From Ptychomitrium polyphyllum (Eukaryota): DNA of 64,000 bases. Both the position numbers and the translations under genes were made by a program. The notes under the pieces are model-generated. The model saw nothing but the letters and a program-made list of their open reading frames with translations. It searched no databases and was not told where the DNA came from. Within the stretch, counting starts at the first letter, position 1, and every line of letters starts with the position of its first letter. The stretch spans positions 3,286,001 to 3,350,000 of the forward strand of contig OZ316776.1 of assembly GCA_973851085.1 (NCBI GenBank), given 5' to 3'. This document shows, piece by piece, positions 11,947 to 23,614 of this stretch.

Positions 11947-14937
11947 TGTCGCAACCTTCGTAATGCACCTTAACAAACATCACGCGCATCAATCCTGTAC
12001 ACCTCCACATGCACATGATTAACCTCCATTTTCACATTCCAAGTCCCAAGCTTAGTTTTCAATTCCCCTTACCATTTCTTTTAGGACCCCAAATGATTGA
12101 TAGCCAATGGTTAGATGCGGACATCCATTCATGTCCAAGGCCTCACTTGGTGTTACTCCCATTCCACACGGCCTAACCGTACTTAGTGGTGTCTCCTCAC
12201 CACCACTCATGATCCCCATGTGATCTTAAGATCACTCCGGGCCATCATGGTGCCGACATGAAGACACCACTTCAACTTAGTGGTAACAAGCGTGCCCTTG
12301 TTATCTCACTAGTTCCCTTTGTGAAATCGGTCATCCACTGGTTCATAATGGTGTGGAAGTCCCCGTGGTGAAGCCCCAACACTAGCTCTACCAACCGGGA
12401 CTCACCCTTGGTTCCTACCAGGTCACTAGGAGAGTGGGGAGGGTGACCAGCCCTCCCTTATTATTAGGGACACAAGAAACAAGAAGCAGAAACGAAGTAT
12501 TTCCCTAGAATTAGCTTCCAAAGAACTAATGATTAACAAGAACTTGATACAAAGACTAGAACAAGGCAGGATTCAAGATGATCCACAACTTGTATTGGCA
12601 AGAGTAAGGAATACCGTGTCTTGCCTCTTATTTATACTATAACGTTTGTATCTCCTAGGATACTTCTAAAGAAGCTTCCTACAAGGCTTAAGAATGTTCT
12701 CGAAGTCTATGGAACCTTCCCAAGAAGTTTCTTAAGATGTTGGAACCTTCCTAAGAAGCTTCCAAGGAATTGGAACCATCTTAAGGAGCTTCCAAGGAAT
12801 TGGAACCTTCCTTAGAAGTCTCCTAAGGTAGTGGAACCTTCTTAGGAAGTTTCTTAAAGAAGTAGAATCTTCCTAGGAAGTTTCCTAAAATGATGGAACC
12901 TTTCTAGAAAGTTTCTTAAGGTGATGGAATCTTTATAGGAAGTTTCCTAGGAAGTTATTTAAGATGATAGAACCTTCTTAGGAAGTTTCCTAAGGTGGAA
13001 GGACTTTCTTAGGAAGCTTCCTTAGAACATAGAAAACACTATGGAGACATCTAAAAATATTCTAAGAAACTATTATAGTATACTAGAAGGTTCTAGAATG
13101 TTCTAAGGACTATGTTGTATGATCTATGTCCGTGACACTTATAGTACTCTCTGTGGGATTCGACAGGCCCCCTGGCCCTCTGTAGCTGGCTAAACCCCGA
13201 TACACCCAAACTTTTGGAAGACCACCCGATCTTCCTTGGGACTTAGCCGCTAGAAGGCTTCAGGACTTCACGCGGACCTTCAGGGAGCTATATCTTCTCC
13301 GCTTGTTGTCCAAATTTATCAAGCAACCACTCTACCGTCATTTACTCTTTGCGTAGATGCCAATAGACTCCTCACATGTCCAATTTGACTAAGTATTCTG
13401 GAAGATAAGGCTTTCCCAAGGTTTGGGACTCCAGAGGAGTCTCTCCCTGGACTGTCCCAATCTAGTATAGTCACTGTCTAGGACTGCAACAGTCCAAAAC
13501 AATCATTGAGTAACCTCAACTTTGGGATGCCATATCTTTGAGTTCCCTTCTCCAATTTGAGCAATCTTTAGCATTCTAGAATCAGCTCTTTGTGAGTCCT
13601 CCAATGCCCACGATTTCTCCTTCGTGGCCCTTGGTCCATATGGGCAAGAATATATCTCGCCCTTGAGATCCTCCTCCCCAAGGTCCACTTGGGTTCCCTC
13701 ACTACCGGCGCCACAAGTTCCGAACGTCACTTTGGGGTCCTCCTTCTGCCCTTAGTATTGCGGGCACTCTTGAAAGTGAAGCCTGCTCTAATACCAAATG
13801 TTGCAACCCTTGTAATACACCTTAGCAAGCGTCACGTGCATCAATCCTATACACCCCCACATGCACATGATTAACCCCCATTCTCACTTTCTAAGTCCTT
13901 CTACCATTTCTCTTAGGACATCCAATTGATTGGTAGCCAATGATTAGGTGCGGACTTCCATTCATGTCCAAGGCCTCACTTGGTGTTACTCCCATTCCAC
14001 ACGACCTAACCGCACTTAGTGGTGTCTCCTCACCACTACTCATGATCTCCATGCAATCCTAAGATCACCCCGGGCCATCATGGTGCCGGCGTGAAGACAC
14101 CACCTCAACTTAGTGGTAACAAGCGTACCCTTTTAAACGTGCTAGTTTCCTCCGTGAAACCGGCCATCTTCTGGCTCACAATGGTGTGGGATTCCTCGTG
14201 GTGAAGCTCCAATACTAGCTCTACCAACCGGGATTCACTCTTGGTCTCTACCGGGACACTAGGGGAGGGGAGGGGGACCAGCCCTTCCTTATAGTACTGT
14301 GGGATTTGGCAGGCCCCCTGGCCCTTTGTAGCTGGCTAAACTCCGACACACCTAAAGTTTTGGAAGACCACCCGATCTCCCTTGGGATTCAGCCGCTCGA
14401 AGCCTCCGGAACTCCAAGTGGACCTTCAGGAAGCCATATCTTCTTCATTTGGTGCCCAAATGTATCAAACAACCACTCTATCGTCAATTATTTGTTGCGT
14501 AAATGCCGATAGACTCCTCAAACGTCCAATTTGAGTTAGTATTGTAGGAGATACGCCTCTTCTAAGGTTCGGGACTCCCGGGGAATCCGTCCCTGGACTG
14601 TCCCACTGCAGTTGAGTCACTGTGTAGGGCTACCACAGTCCACAACAGCCCCTTGGCAACCTCAACTTTGGGATGCCATAACTTTTAGCTCCCTTGTCCG
14701 ATTTGAGCAATCTTTAGCATTCTAGAATCAACTCTTTGTGATTCCTCCAATGCGCACAATTTATCCTTCGTGGCCCTCGGTCTACATGGGCAAGGATGTT
14801 TCTCCCCCTAGGGGTTTTTCCCACGCTAGGCCCACTCGGTTCCCCTCACTATCCGTGCCACAAGCCCTAGACGTCACTCCGGGGTCCCCCTTGTGCCCTT
14901 AGTGTTGCGAGCACTCTTCAAGGAGAGGTGCGCGACA
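11947..14937 (-). mobile_element. Old LTR retrotransposon reduced to two ~1.14-kb LTRs (11947-~13781, interrupted; 13799-14937) and a PBS, with no internal domain
   Basis: Two direct copies. Outer termini TGTCGC...GCGACA. Flanking 5-bp TSD AATAC/ATTAC (1 mismatch). Minus-strand PBS TGGTATTAGAGC (tRNA-iMet type, 1 mismatch) at 13785-13796, next to the LTR end. Confidence 0.85.
12462..13137 (-). mobile_element. Solo LTR (probably Gypsy, RLG1-like) nested in the older LTR
   Basis: Perfect TSD CTTAT (12457-12461 and 13138-13142). The sister host LTR has a single CTTAT at the equivalent site. The minus strand starts TGTCACGGACATAGATC and has a TATAAATA box and an internal GGAACCTTCCTAGGAAG tandem array. 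Family name is from memory. Confidence 0.88.
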
Positions 14938-15857
14938 ATTACCAAAATTATCATTTTTTCTAATTTCAATAATATCAAATAAAGAAAGATTCTCAAACTC
15001 CAATTTCTTCTAATGCCTCCTCAACTTCCTAAACTCCTATTTACTCCATTTCTTGAACGCCCTCCAAGACCTTCTATATTTATATTTCTTCCATTTTTAA
15101 GACAACCTCCAGTACTTCTAAATAATTCAATACCATCACAATTATAATAATAAATTCTAATATATCTTTTAAAATATATTAATTTTAATATTTAGATTTT
15201 TTATATATTATAGAAGCTATGATTTATGTTATCTATAATATTTTACATGCATTAAAATTAACTTAAAAAACCTAAAATATTTTATAAAATGTATGTGAGA
15301 TGTATATAAAGTTAGCAATATTGAGGTTTATTTAAAAATCTTTCACATTATACATTGTCGTGGTAAGAGTGGTAGCTGTAGGAAATACAAGGTCTTTTTT
15401 AGCATCTAATGGATCAAGATCAAGATGCATGAAGAGTTTCTATTTCTAACATCAAATGAAGCAAATATTCTATTCCAAATTTTCCCTTTACTTTGCCTTG
15501 AAAATCCCAAATATTAAATATGTCATAGCTTCTAGAAAAATAATCCAAAGTATCTAAAACTCTAACAAAGTCTTCTTGAAACACTCAGTATACCATATAT
15601 AAATTTTGGTTGCCAAATCCTTACTATCCTCTAAAATCCATAACTTCAAAGTTTATATTCTTTGTTGCTACAACTTTTATACCCTTATCACTTTACCACT
15701 TCATAACTCTTTTTTTATTGCAAATTTAGACGTTAAAATTTGTGTACATAATATATGTCTTATAATAAACACCTTGTCAAAAGATCAACCTTAGAAATCC
15801 CTTCAATCATCTACAATGATCAAAATTATGCAACTCCAAATTCTACTATATACTACC

Positions 15858-16375
15858 TGTTAGGAATACAAGAAACAAGAAGCAGAAACGAAGTGTTTCC
15901 CAAGAATTAGCTTCTAAAGAGCTAACAATTATCAAAAACTTGATATAAAGACTAGAACAAGGCAAGATTCAAGATGATCCACAGCTTGTGTTGGCAAGAC
16001 TAAGGAATACCTTGTCTTGCCTCCTATTTATACTATAACGTTTGTATCTCCTAGGATACTTCTAAAGAAGCTTCCTACAAGGCTTAAGAATGTTCTCGAA
16101 GTCTATGGAACCTTCCCAAGAAGTTTCCTAAGATGTTGGAACCTTCCTAAGAAGCTTCCAAGGAGTTGGAATCTTCCTTGGAAGTTTCCTAGGAAGTTAC
16201 CTAAGATGATAGTACCTTCCTAGGAAATTTCCTAAGGTAGAGGAACGTTCCTAGGAAGCTTCCTAAGAACTTGGAAAGACTATGGAGACATCTAAAAGTA
16301 TTCTAAGAAGCTATTATAGTATACTAGAAGGTTCTAGAATATTTTAAGGACTATGTATGATCTATGTCCGTGACA
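15858..16375 (-). mobile_element. Solo LTR, same family as 12462-13137
   Basis: TGTTAGG...CCGTGACA termini, TSD CTACC/CTGCC, high similarity to the other copies. Confidence 0.88.
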
Positions 16376-17239
16376 CTGCCCTCTAAGCCCAGGTTGCATT
16401 TTTCTTTGTATCTTTTGCTCAAAAACTCAAATGTTCACCAATTTTTGATACCATCTTTTTAAATCAATCCAAATCGTTCTCTCAAAATTTCACTTACAAA
16501 CGATGTTTTTAAAAGAAGTTACAAACATGCAAATAGCTGCTTTCAGAAATTCAAGGCAACTAAATTATTTTTATTCAAACTAAAGCCACAATTACATACT
16601 AACTCTAAATGGAGCGTGTGATGGCTTTTTGAAAAGCTTAGAAAGAAAAAAAAAAAACTGAACAAAAACCAACTCAAAGTAAAAATTATACTATGAAATC
16701 TCACCCAAAGAAGAACTGCCTTCTTATTCTAGTGGTAGAGGCTGAAAGAGAAAAAAAAGGCGGTGGTTAAACCACCTCATCCACCCTTTATCACTCCACA
16801 TCAGTTATATTTCTCCACATTAGCTCCTAATCTCCTGTATCAAATCTTTATCTAACCATATCTTCAAATAAAAAACAACCTAAATCCCTTTCTTTTGTTT
16901 TATTTTTTCTTTTGTTTCTTTTGGTTGAAACTTTAAGGTTCCAACTACAAAGAAAATAAAATCAACCCTCACAAATTTGAAATAGAAACATTTTACAGCA
17001 GAAGAAACATCATTGCTGCAATCCAAAATTATTTTACTAAAGTTCTTGCAATTTATTGGCTACATTCACTTCCTTCCATACTTTTAAAGTAACCATATTA
17101 TACAAAGCTAATTCCAAATTTTTACTACAAAAAATTCCACAAATATTTAGCCAAAATATAACTTTATGGTAGAAATAAAATAAAATTCAACATAGAATAT
17201 TATGAAGGCTACTAAAAATTTCATTATATCAATTAAAAC

Positions 17240-17596
17240 TTCTATTAGAAACTCCACTAAAAAACTCAACTAAGAACTCTACTTGGAACGTTAGTAGATA
17301 CCTAAGTAAGACTTCCAATGGAGACTTCAATGAGAACCTTCTAGAAACTCCACAAAGAACTCCAATGGTAACCTCCAAGGAACTCCTACGGAAATTTGAC
17401 TAGGAACCTTTCCAGGAATGCTAATGGGAAACTCCTTTAGGAACTCTAATGGGAATGTACGCCGCTGCAAACGTCAGGTGGGAACCTCGTATTGGACCTC
17501 GTATAGGATCCTCGTATTGGACCTCGTATAGGAACCTCGGGTAAGAACCTTGGGTGGGACCTTGGGTGGGACCTCGGGTGGGACCTCGGGTGGGAA
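17240..17596. repeat. Approximately 12-bp-period minisatellite (GGACCTCGGGTG / GGACCTCGTATA core, degenerate to the left)
   Basis: Clear units at 17481-17596 and decayed GAACTCCnnnnG units at about 17240-17452. Confidence 0.8.
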
Positions 17597-17905
17597 CAGC
17601 GTGGCGGAAGTGCGGTGGGGAACACGGGTGAGGGTGAGTGAAGATGACACAGTGCGATGGTGACGCTGCGACGCCTGCGACTGCACATGACGCGCTGCGG
17701 GAGCTACACCACAGCACCATCGACACCATCATCGGCACCACCACTCTCACCGGCACCATCACTATCATCGGCATCATCCTGTAGGCCATCCTGTAGGCCA
17801 TATCATATCATATCAGCGTCGCAAGCACAGCTGCAGTTGAGAGCTGCACTCTTTGGTGTGGAGCCTGCGCTGGATTTGCGGATCTGCGTCTCGTGTTGCG
17901 CAGCC

Positions 17906-20900
17906 ATGGCAGCTATGGGCACCACCGCCGTCTGGACTCCCTGCTCTGCCACTCGTTGCGCCTCTGCCCCGCTCGGTATGTTACTGCCTTTGTTGCCCTT
18001 CCATCCATGGCCCTGGTGATTGGAATGTAAGCGAGCGCAATCATCGTTTCCCTCCACTTCTCCCTCTGCAGGACTTTTGTTTCCCTTCCATCCATCGCAC
18101 TAGTGTTTGCATATGCAAACACTTATGTTCGCTCCCGCACTCCCCCTCGGCAACCGGTTCCAGCCTATACCAGTCCTACTCTCTGTGGAATCCAGTATGG
18201 GTTGAATTTTTTTGTTTCTCCTCAGTCCACATCAGTTGTCTTTGCATGTGCAGCATTTGTTCCCCTCCGCACACCTCTCAAGCCACCATTCCCCTCCTTC
18301 ATCTAATCTACTCTGTGGATTCCAGTATGGACTGAATTTGTCTCCCTTCCATCCATGTCACTAGTATTTGCATATGCAGTGTTTGCTCTCCCCGCACTCC
18401 TCATTGTCAAGGACCATTCTCTTCTGCAATTCTATTATGTGGAATCCAATTGCTATCAGTGGATATCATCGATGCTCTGCTGGGTTTTGGGGGTTTGAGG
18501 TTTTAGTGGAGTGTTCTAGGTTTTTGAACTGCCAATTTGAGCTAGCTTTTAATTCAATTTGTACAATGGGTGGCCAAATGATTACAGTCTTTGAATATCT
18601 GGTCTTTTGAGATTACAAGATTTGGCATGGCGGCCCTGTTGTTTGGGGCGTTAGCAGAAAAAGGGTGTTTATGCTCCAGTCTGAATTAATGACATGGGGG
18701 CCGTCAGGTTGCAGAAGTAGGAAGGTGTCCTCTAAGTGCCATAGTTCTGGGATTCGGGCCTCATTGAGTAATTCTACTCAAGGACCAGGTGATACTTCTT
18801 CTCATTCTTATCGCCATTTTTATTGGAATTTGTAGTCCATATGTCGATCTTTTCATGACATATTGGATGCGATTCTGAGAGCCTAGCATTGGAATTGTGC
18901 ATATCCAATGCTACCGCGTCACATGACACTTTTTCTTGCCATTGCTGAATGTAGCATTTCATATGCACGAAGTTCTTTAGTGATTTCGATTTATTCAAGA
19001 ACTGGGGTGACTGGGTGCAGTTAGTATATTTTCTGCACTTATCTTGCCATCTGAGTAGTGAAAGAATTAGAGAATTATGTGAAGAAATTAGAATCTGGTG
19101 CAATGCGTTGCTGGGCTGTATATATCTTTTGATCCGTTTGCATATCTAATTGTGAAGAGCCTTTTGCAGTGAAATTTTTGAGTTCTTTACACATGAATCT
19201 TCATGTTCTGCAGAAGAAAGAATAGATGTTTCAAGAAGACAAGCATTATTGGCAGCGTTGGCTTTCACTGTCCCTAGTTCTCACCTTTTCCAACCGCAAA
19301 AGGACTCACAAGCTCTGGCTGTTGAGTATGTGAGCTTAACCTCTGTCTAGATAACTTTAGGTACGGTTTATCATCTATTTTCGTTGTTGTAGGGAAAAGT
19401 GTACAGTATCAGGAAATTGCAGATTATTTTGAACTTGTATTGATCAAAGTGAGTGTCGAATCCATTCCTGAATTTATTTCTGGGGTTGGTGTTGATTCTT
19501 TAGTGATGAGAAGACGAAGATTGAGTTAATTCAATTTGAACTCAAAAAGGTACTTACAAGGGGGAAAGCAGCTGGAGTGTTGCGTTTGGCTTTTCATGAT
19601 GCAGGAACTTTTGATAGTTCTGATAATACAGGTGAAATACAAATTCCATCCTCACAAGTGTGCAGTACAGTTTTGAAATCAGTTCAGTTAGGTCATTCCT
19701 ATGAATTTCCGAAGATGAGAATAAACTTCTTACCTTACATGGTGTGGTTAATTTTCTATATGTTTCTCATATAATTTGTGCTCCTTTTGTCGTAATGATA
19801 GTCATACTCTATTGAGTTAGTTCTTTAATCGGAATTATGGTGCAGGAGGCATGAACGGATCTATACTGTTTGAGCTGGACAGACCTGAGAGCGCAGGTCT
19901 TCAGCGGTCAATTAAGGTTTTAAAGCTTCTCTGAACTCAGCTAAGTGAGTGGTGTGATCAATTTCCTGTTCATAAATCAAGCTCTTTGATAATTCAGATG
20001 CATTTGATTTCCATAAGCGTTATGAACTTGAGGAAAAAGTAGACGGCAAATTTCAGGCTAGGACTGTAAGCACGTGCAACTTGTACCTTGTGGTTTGAAT
20101 TATTTGCTTTCGCCGGATATATAAACGTAATTACTCATCCGTCTTGTCAGAGACATTCAAAAAAACTGGAACGATATAGAGAAGATTAGTATCGCCCCTT
20201 TGCAAGGACGGCGTAGGCCGATTCGATCGACCATAACAAAGAAAGTGTCTCTCTTTTGCAATACCTCCACTTTTGTTATTTGTCACATGAGATAATGGTC
20301 TGTTGTTTCATATCTGCAGTTGTTGCAGAAAGTGAAAAGAGAGCTTGATTTAGCTTTCCCAGGTATGCTCTATACCCTCATGTATAGTACGTAATATCCA
20401 CTTGTGTTGCAAGCTTCTGAGATTTTGATGGCACGAGAAGTGTTCTTGTATAGTTAAAGGTTTAGATAATGTAGGAGAAAGATATCACCTGCTTGATTGA
20501 GTTATAAATGTTGAAATATTGGCAGTGTCCTGGGCTGATTTAATCGCTGTGGCTGGAGCTGCGGCCGTGGCTGAATGTGATGGACCTATTATTCCTGTAA
20601 AACTTGGCCGACTCGATTCTTCGTAAGAATTGTATTGCATGATTCTTGTTGCCCGATTCTGCTTTACTGCTGGCGCGCAGAAGGAAAATCCGTATGTTTA
20701 CTATGAATTCTAGGACAAAAATACTTATCAGTAGTCTTGATAAACTTGTTGGATTTTCACTGAAGAACTGGTACTTACTGTTGATAGAGTTTACTGGGTT
20801 CAATTTGCTCAAAACGGTGCACATATTTGAAGAAGTATCTTGACGTAATTCTTGTCTATGACGTAGTGAGCCTGACCCAGAAGGCAAGATGCCTGAGGAG

Positions 20901-21913
20901 ATTCTGAGTGCAAATGCCCTTAAGCAAGCTTTTCAATCAAAAGGCTTCACGTATGTATCAATCCCTTTCCAGTAACCCTGTACTTTTCTAGGTGTGGTTG
21001 CATTCTCTGAAAACCTTTCTTTGTACATGCTAACCTCAATAACCTTACCGTATTTGAAATACCTCACTCAGTATACAGTAAAGGTATATGTGTGTAGAAC
21101 GCAGGAGCTTGTAGCGCTCTCTGGAGCGCACACAATAGGAAACAAGGGATTTGGAAATCCCAATGTATTTGACAATTCATACTTCCAAATTTTGCTACAA
21201 AAGCCCTGGAAAATCTCAGGTGTTCCCTCTTTTGTGCCCTCCGAGCTGTTACATTAGACGGATGCCATAATCTTATAGATAGATGCTGCCTATTGTTTAT
21301 TGCCTTCTGCTTTTTCTGTCCTTTTATTCTTGTTTACTAACTCGAGTGATTAGGCATGTTGTGGTTGTCTAAAGGTAATGTCTCATTAACACTTTAGACT
21401 GCATTTCGTGCACCAGGTATCAAGTGACTGAGCGTCATGTGCTTGTGTCACTTCTTTTTGACAAAACTTCGCGTGGATTATGTCCTCAGGGCCAGATGAT
21501 GGGATGACATCTATGATAGGATTAGCAACAGACCGCGCACTTGCTGATGACGAAGAGTGTTTGAAGTGAGTTTCTGCAGTAAATACATTATTTCAGTTCA
21601 CATGCTTCGGCACCTTCACTGTCACCTGTGAAAGAATTTATAACCTCTTCTATAGAATTTTGATGTCAAGATAAATCTTGGCTGAATTTAGTATATTGCG
21701 TCAGGGGGAGGGTTAGGCAGTATGGTCTCGTTCAGTATCAGCATATTTGTTTTGTTAAATTTGCTGCAAGATTCTGATTATTCAACGGCTGGTATTTGCA
21801 GGTGGCTGAAAGTGTACGCAGCTGACCAAGGGCGATTCTTTATTGATTTTGCAGCGGTTTATACCACACTAGTGAACACGGGTGCTCGTTGGGGTCCCCC
21901 TCTGCAGGCCTAG
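17906..21913 (+). CDS. APX6: Ascorbate peroxidase-related heme peroxidase (APx-R / APX6-like), about 11 exons
   Basis: The spliced product has KKVLTRGKAAGVLRLAFHDAGTF..GGMNGSILFELDRPE, VSWADLIAVAGA, LGRLDS..PDPEGKMPEE, ELVALSGAHTIGNKGFGNPNVFDNSYFQILL and MIGLATDRAL. The distal Phe (RLAFH) and short post-His loop are typical of APx-R. Confidence 0.9.
17990..18450. repeat. Degenerate ~120-130-bp tandem duplications in APx-R intron 1
   Basis: CCCTTCCATCCAT..CACTAGT.TTTGCATATGCA at ~18082 and ~18343. CTACTCT..GTGGA.TCCAGTATGG..TGAATTT at ~18176 and ~18308, and partially at ~18432. Confidence 0.7.
20141..20215 (+). pseudogene. U6: U6 snRNA-derived copy (probable pseudogene) in an APx-R intron
   Basis: GTCTTGTCAGAGACATTCAAAAAAACTGGAACGATATAGAGAAGATTAGTATCGCCCCTTTGCAAGGACG aligns with plant U6 (GTCCCTTCGGGGACATCCGATAAAATTGGAACGATACAGAGAAGATTAGCATGGCCCCTGCGCAAGGATG). 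The ACAGAGA box and AGC triad are mutated and the 3' part is diverged. Confidence 0.85.
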
Positions 21914-23590
21914 AAGAGGAAGTTCGTGTTTATGAACTCCTTCCAGAGTGGAGGAGATTGATAGAGCTCGGAAACCATTATTCGAAGAGGGTGTGGTGTG
22001 AAAACATAACTTGTATCTCGAATTTTGCTAATGTAGAACATTGATGTACTGTTCAAAGTTGTTGCCGGGATATTCTCAAGTACAAAAGATACTGCATTTA
22101 GAGAAGGTGAATGTACTTTATCGTAGGAAGAGCTCAACAAGCTGCATCTTAGGAGGGTACACAGGGGACTCTAATTCTTGGGCTGCCGGCTTTGGTAGGG
22201 CTCTGCATTTGTTGACCGTGTCTCTGCATTTGAGAAAGCATTTTATATTTGTTTAGTACAGCACCTGGTTTTGAATTGCAGAAAGTGTCTGAGGCTTTAT
22301 ATAATCAATAAACCCATCTTGGTATTAGGGGCTTCAAAAACAAGTCCCCTTCAATATTGGAGACTGTTTACAATCTGTCCACTTAGGTGTGACTGTACAA
22401 TGTTGTGAGCTTTGATTGCCTATCTTTGGCTGACTGAGAGTCCATGGGGTTGACTGCGCTTTTTTGCACTTTCACTCTCACATGGCATCTGAGTGCAGGT
22501 GACTTGGTAACCCCAGTCGCCGACTTTTGACTTTTTGGACTTATCAACTTTCTTAGATTAGAGGACCAAGCTCTCTTATTAAGGGCGCTATGTATTGGAA
22601 GAGAAAACTACTAGAGGCAAACTTTAGAAGGGGTTTAAGTGGGAGGCAGCCTTCTCCTCTGCAATTCCTCCTCTCCAATTGGTAGCCTTCATCATTGATA
22701 TTTTATGTAAAATGTACCATGTATTCCATAGCAGAGGGTGCTGACGCATTTCGAGGTTGGACGAGCAAGTGGTGATATCGAGGTCACAGATGAACGGTGC
22801 CTTCTCTGCTGTCAAATGGATTCTTCAAAGTTACTGTAAGGAGCTTCCATTCACTTAGGCCCTTCATGGAAAGCTTTCCCTGCTCAAGGTTATACTTGAA
22901 CACCATAATCCAATTTGCAACCTATTTCGACTTCAATACTTGTCTGACCCCTGCCCACCAACAATTGGATAATTCCTTGGATTTGCATGTTTGGCGTGAT
23001 TTCAGGTGTGGTCTCTGGAAGCACCCGCGATTTGACTATATGCAAATGCTGCCACAAAAAGCTTTATGGGCCATACTTGAAGAGCAACCAGCACTAGTGC
23101 TGATCGGGGGCTGAAGAAGGAGTTGCAACAGCGCTTTACCCGAGTGATGACGACCATAGTCCTTTCAAGCAAGTACTAAACCATGAGGCTCAAGATTTGC
23201 TTCCGGTGGATGGAATCTTTTTCGAGCAACTTGAGAGCCGCTTCAAGAAGGCCTGGAGAAGCAGCAGCTCATTTGCAAGTGTCGTGGACAGCTAACCTCA
23301 GAACACTGAACAGCACTCTACAAGGTACTCCCTTTCCATATTAGACTCCTTGTAATCTACGTTTTCAATATAAACTCTTTCTAGGCCTGAGAAGCAACCT
23401 TTGCAAAACAACAACGAAGCACAAAATCACGAATTTCCGTAAATTTTGTGAGTATCATGATCTGGGGATAGAGAGAGAGCTACTCCTTAGTGGGCACATT
23501 TTGGGAAGAGTGGAATGGGAGGTGCATTGTTCGTAGTTGTTTGTGAGATCGAAGCTTCCCAAAGCTCTTCAGCATACTGATAGTACCGCC

Positions 23591-23614
23591 GAGTGAGTGA
23601 GTGAGTGAGTGAGT
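23591..23614. repeat. (GAGT)6 microsatellite
   Basis: Direct reading. Confidence 0.9.

Noticed and set aside
12700..13030. CRISPR-like look of the palindromic ~31-bp repeats
   Set aside because: Units are contiguous with no unique spacers, they lie inside a TSD-flanked LTR, and there are no cas genes in this eukaryotic context.
13375..13405. Chromodomain-like EYLVK on the minus strand of the host LTR
   Set aside because: A stop follows within four codons and the motif is not kept in the sister LTR.
12621..16223. Near-identical short ORFs MP(L/P)IYTITFVSPR..WNLP at 12621 and 16017
   Set aside because: These are translations of the LTR repeat array with non-ATG starts, not genes.
17421..17801. 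Repetitive ORFs (PTRG, PPEV, SHPR repeats)
   Set aside because: They are open in several frames only because of the 12-bp minisatellite.
22797..23300. Possible coding or pseudogene fragment
   Set aside because: Short stop-interrupted frames with no recognisable motif and no consistent exon chain.
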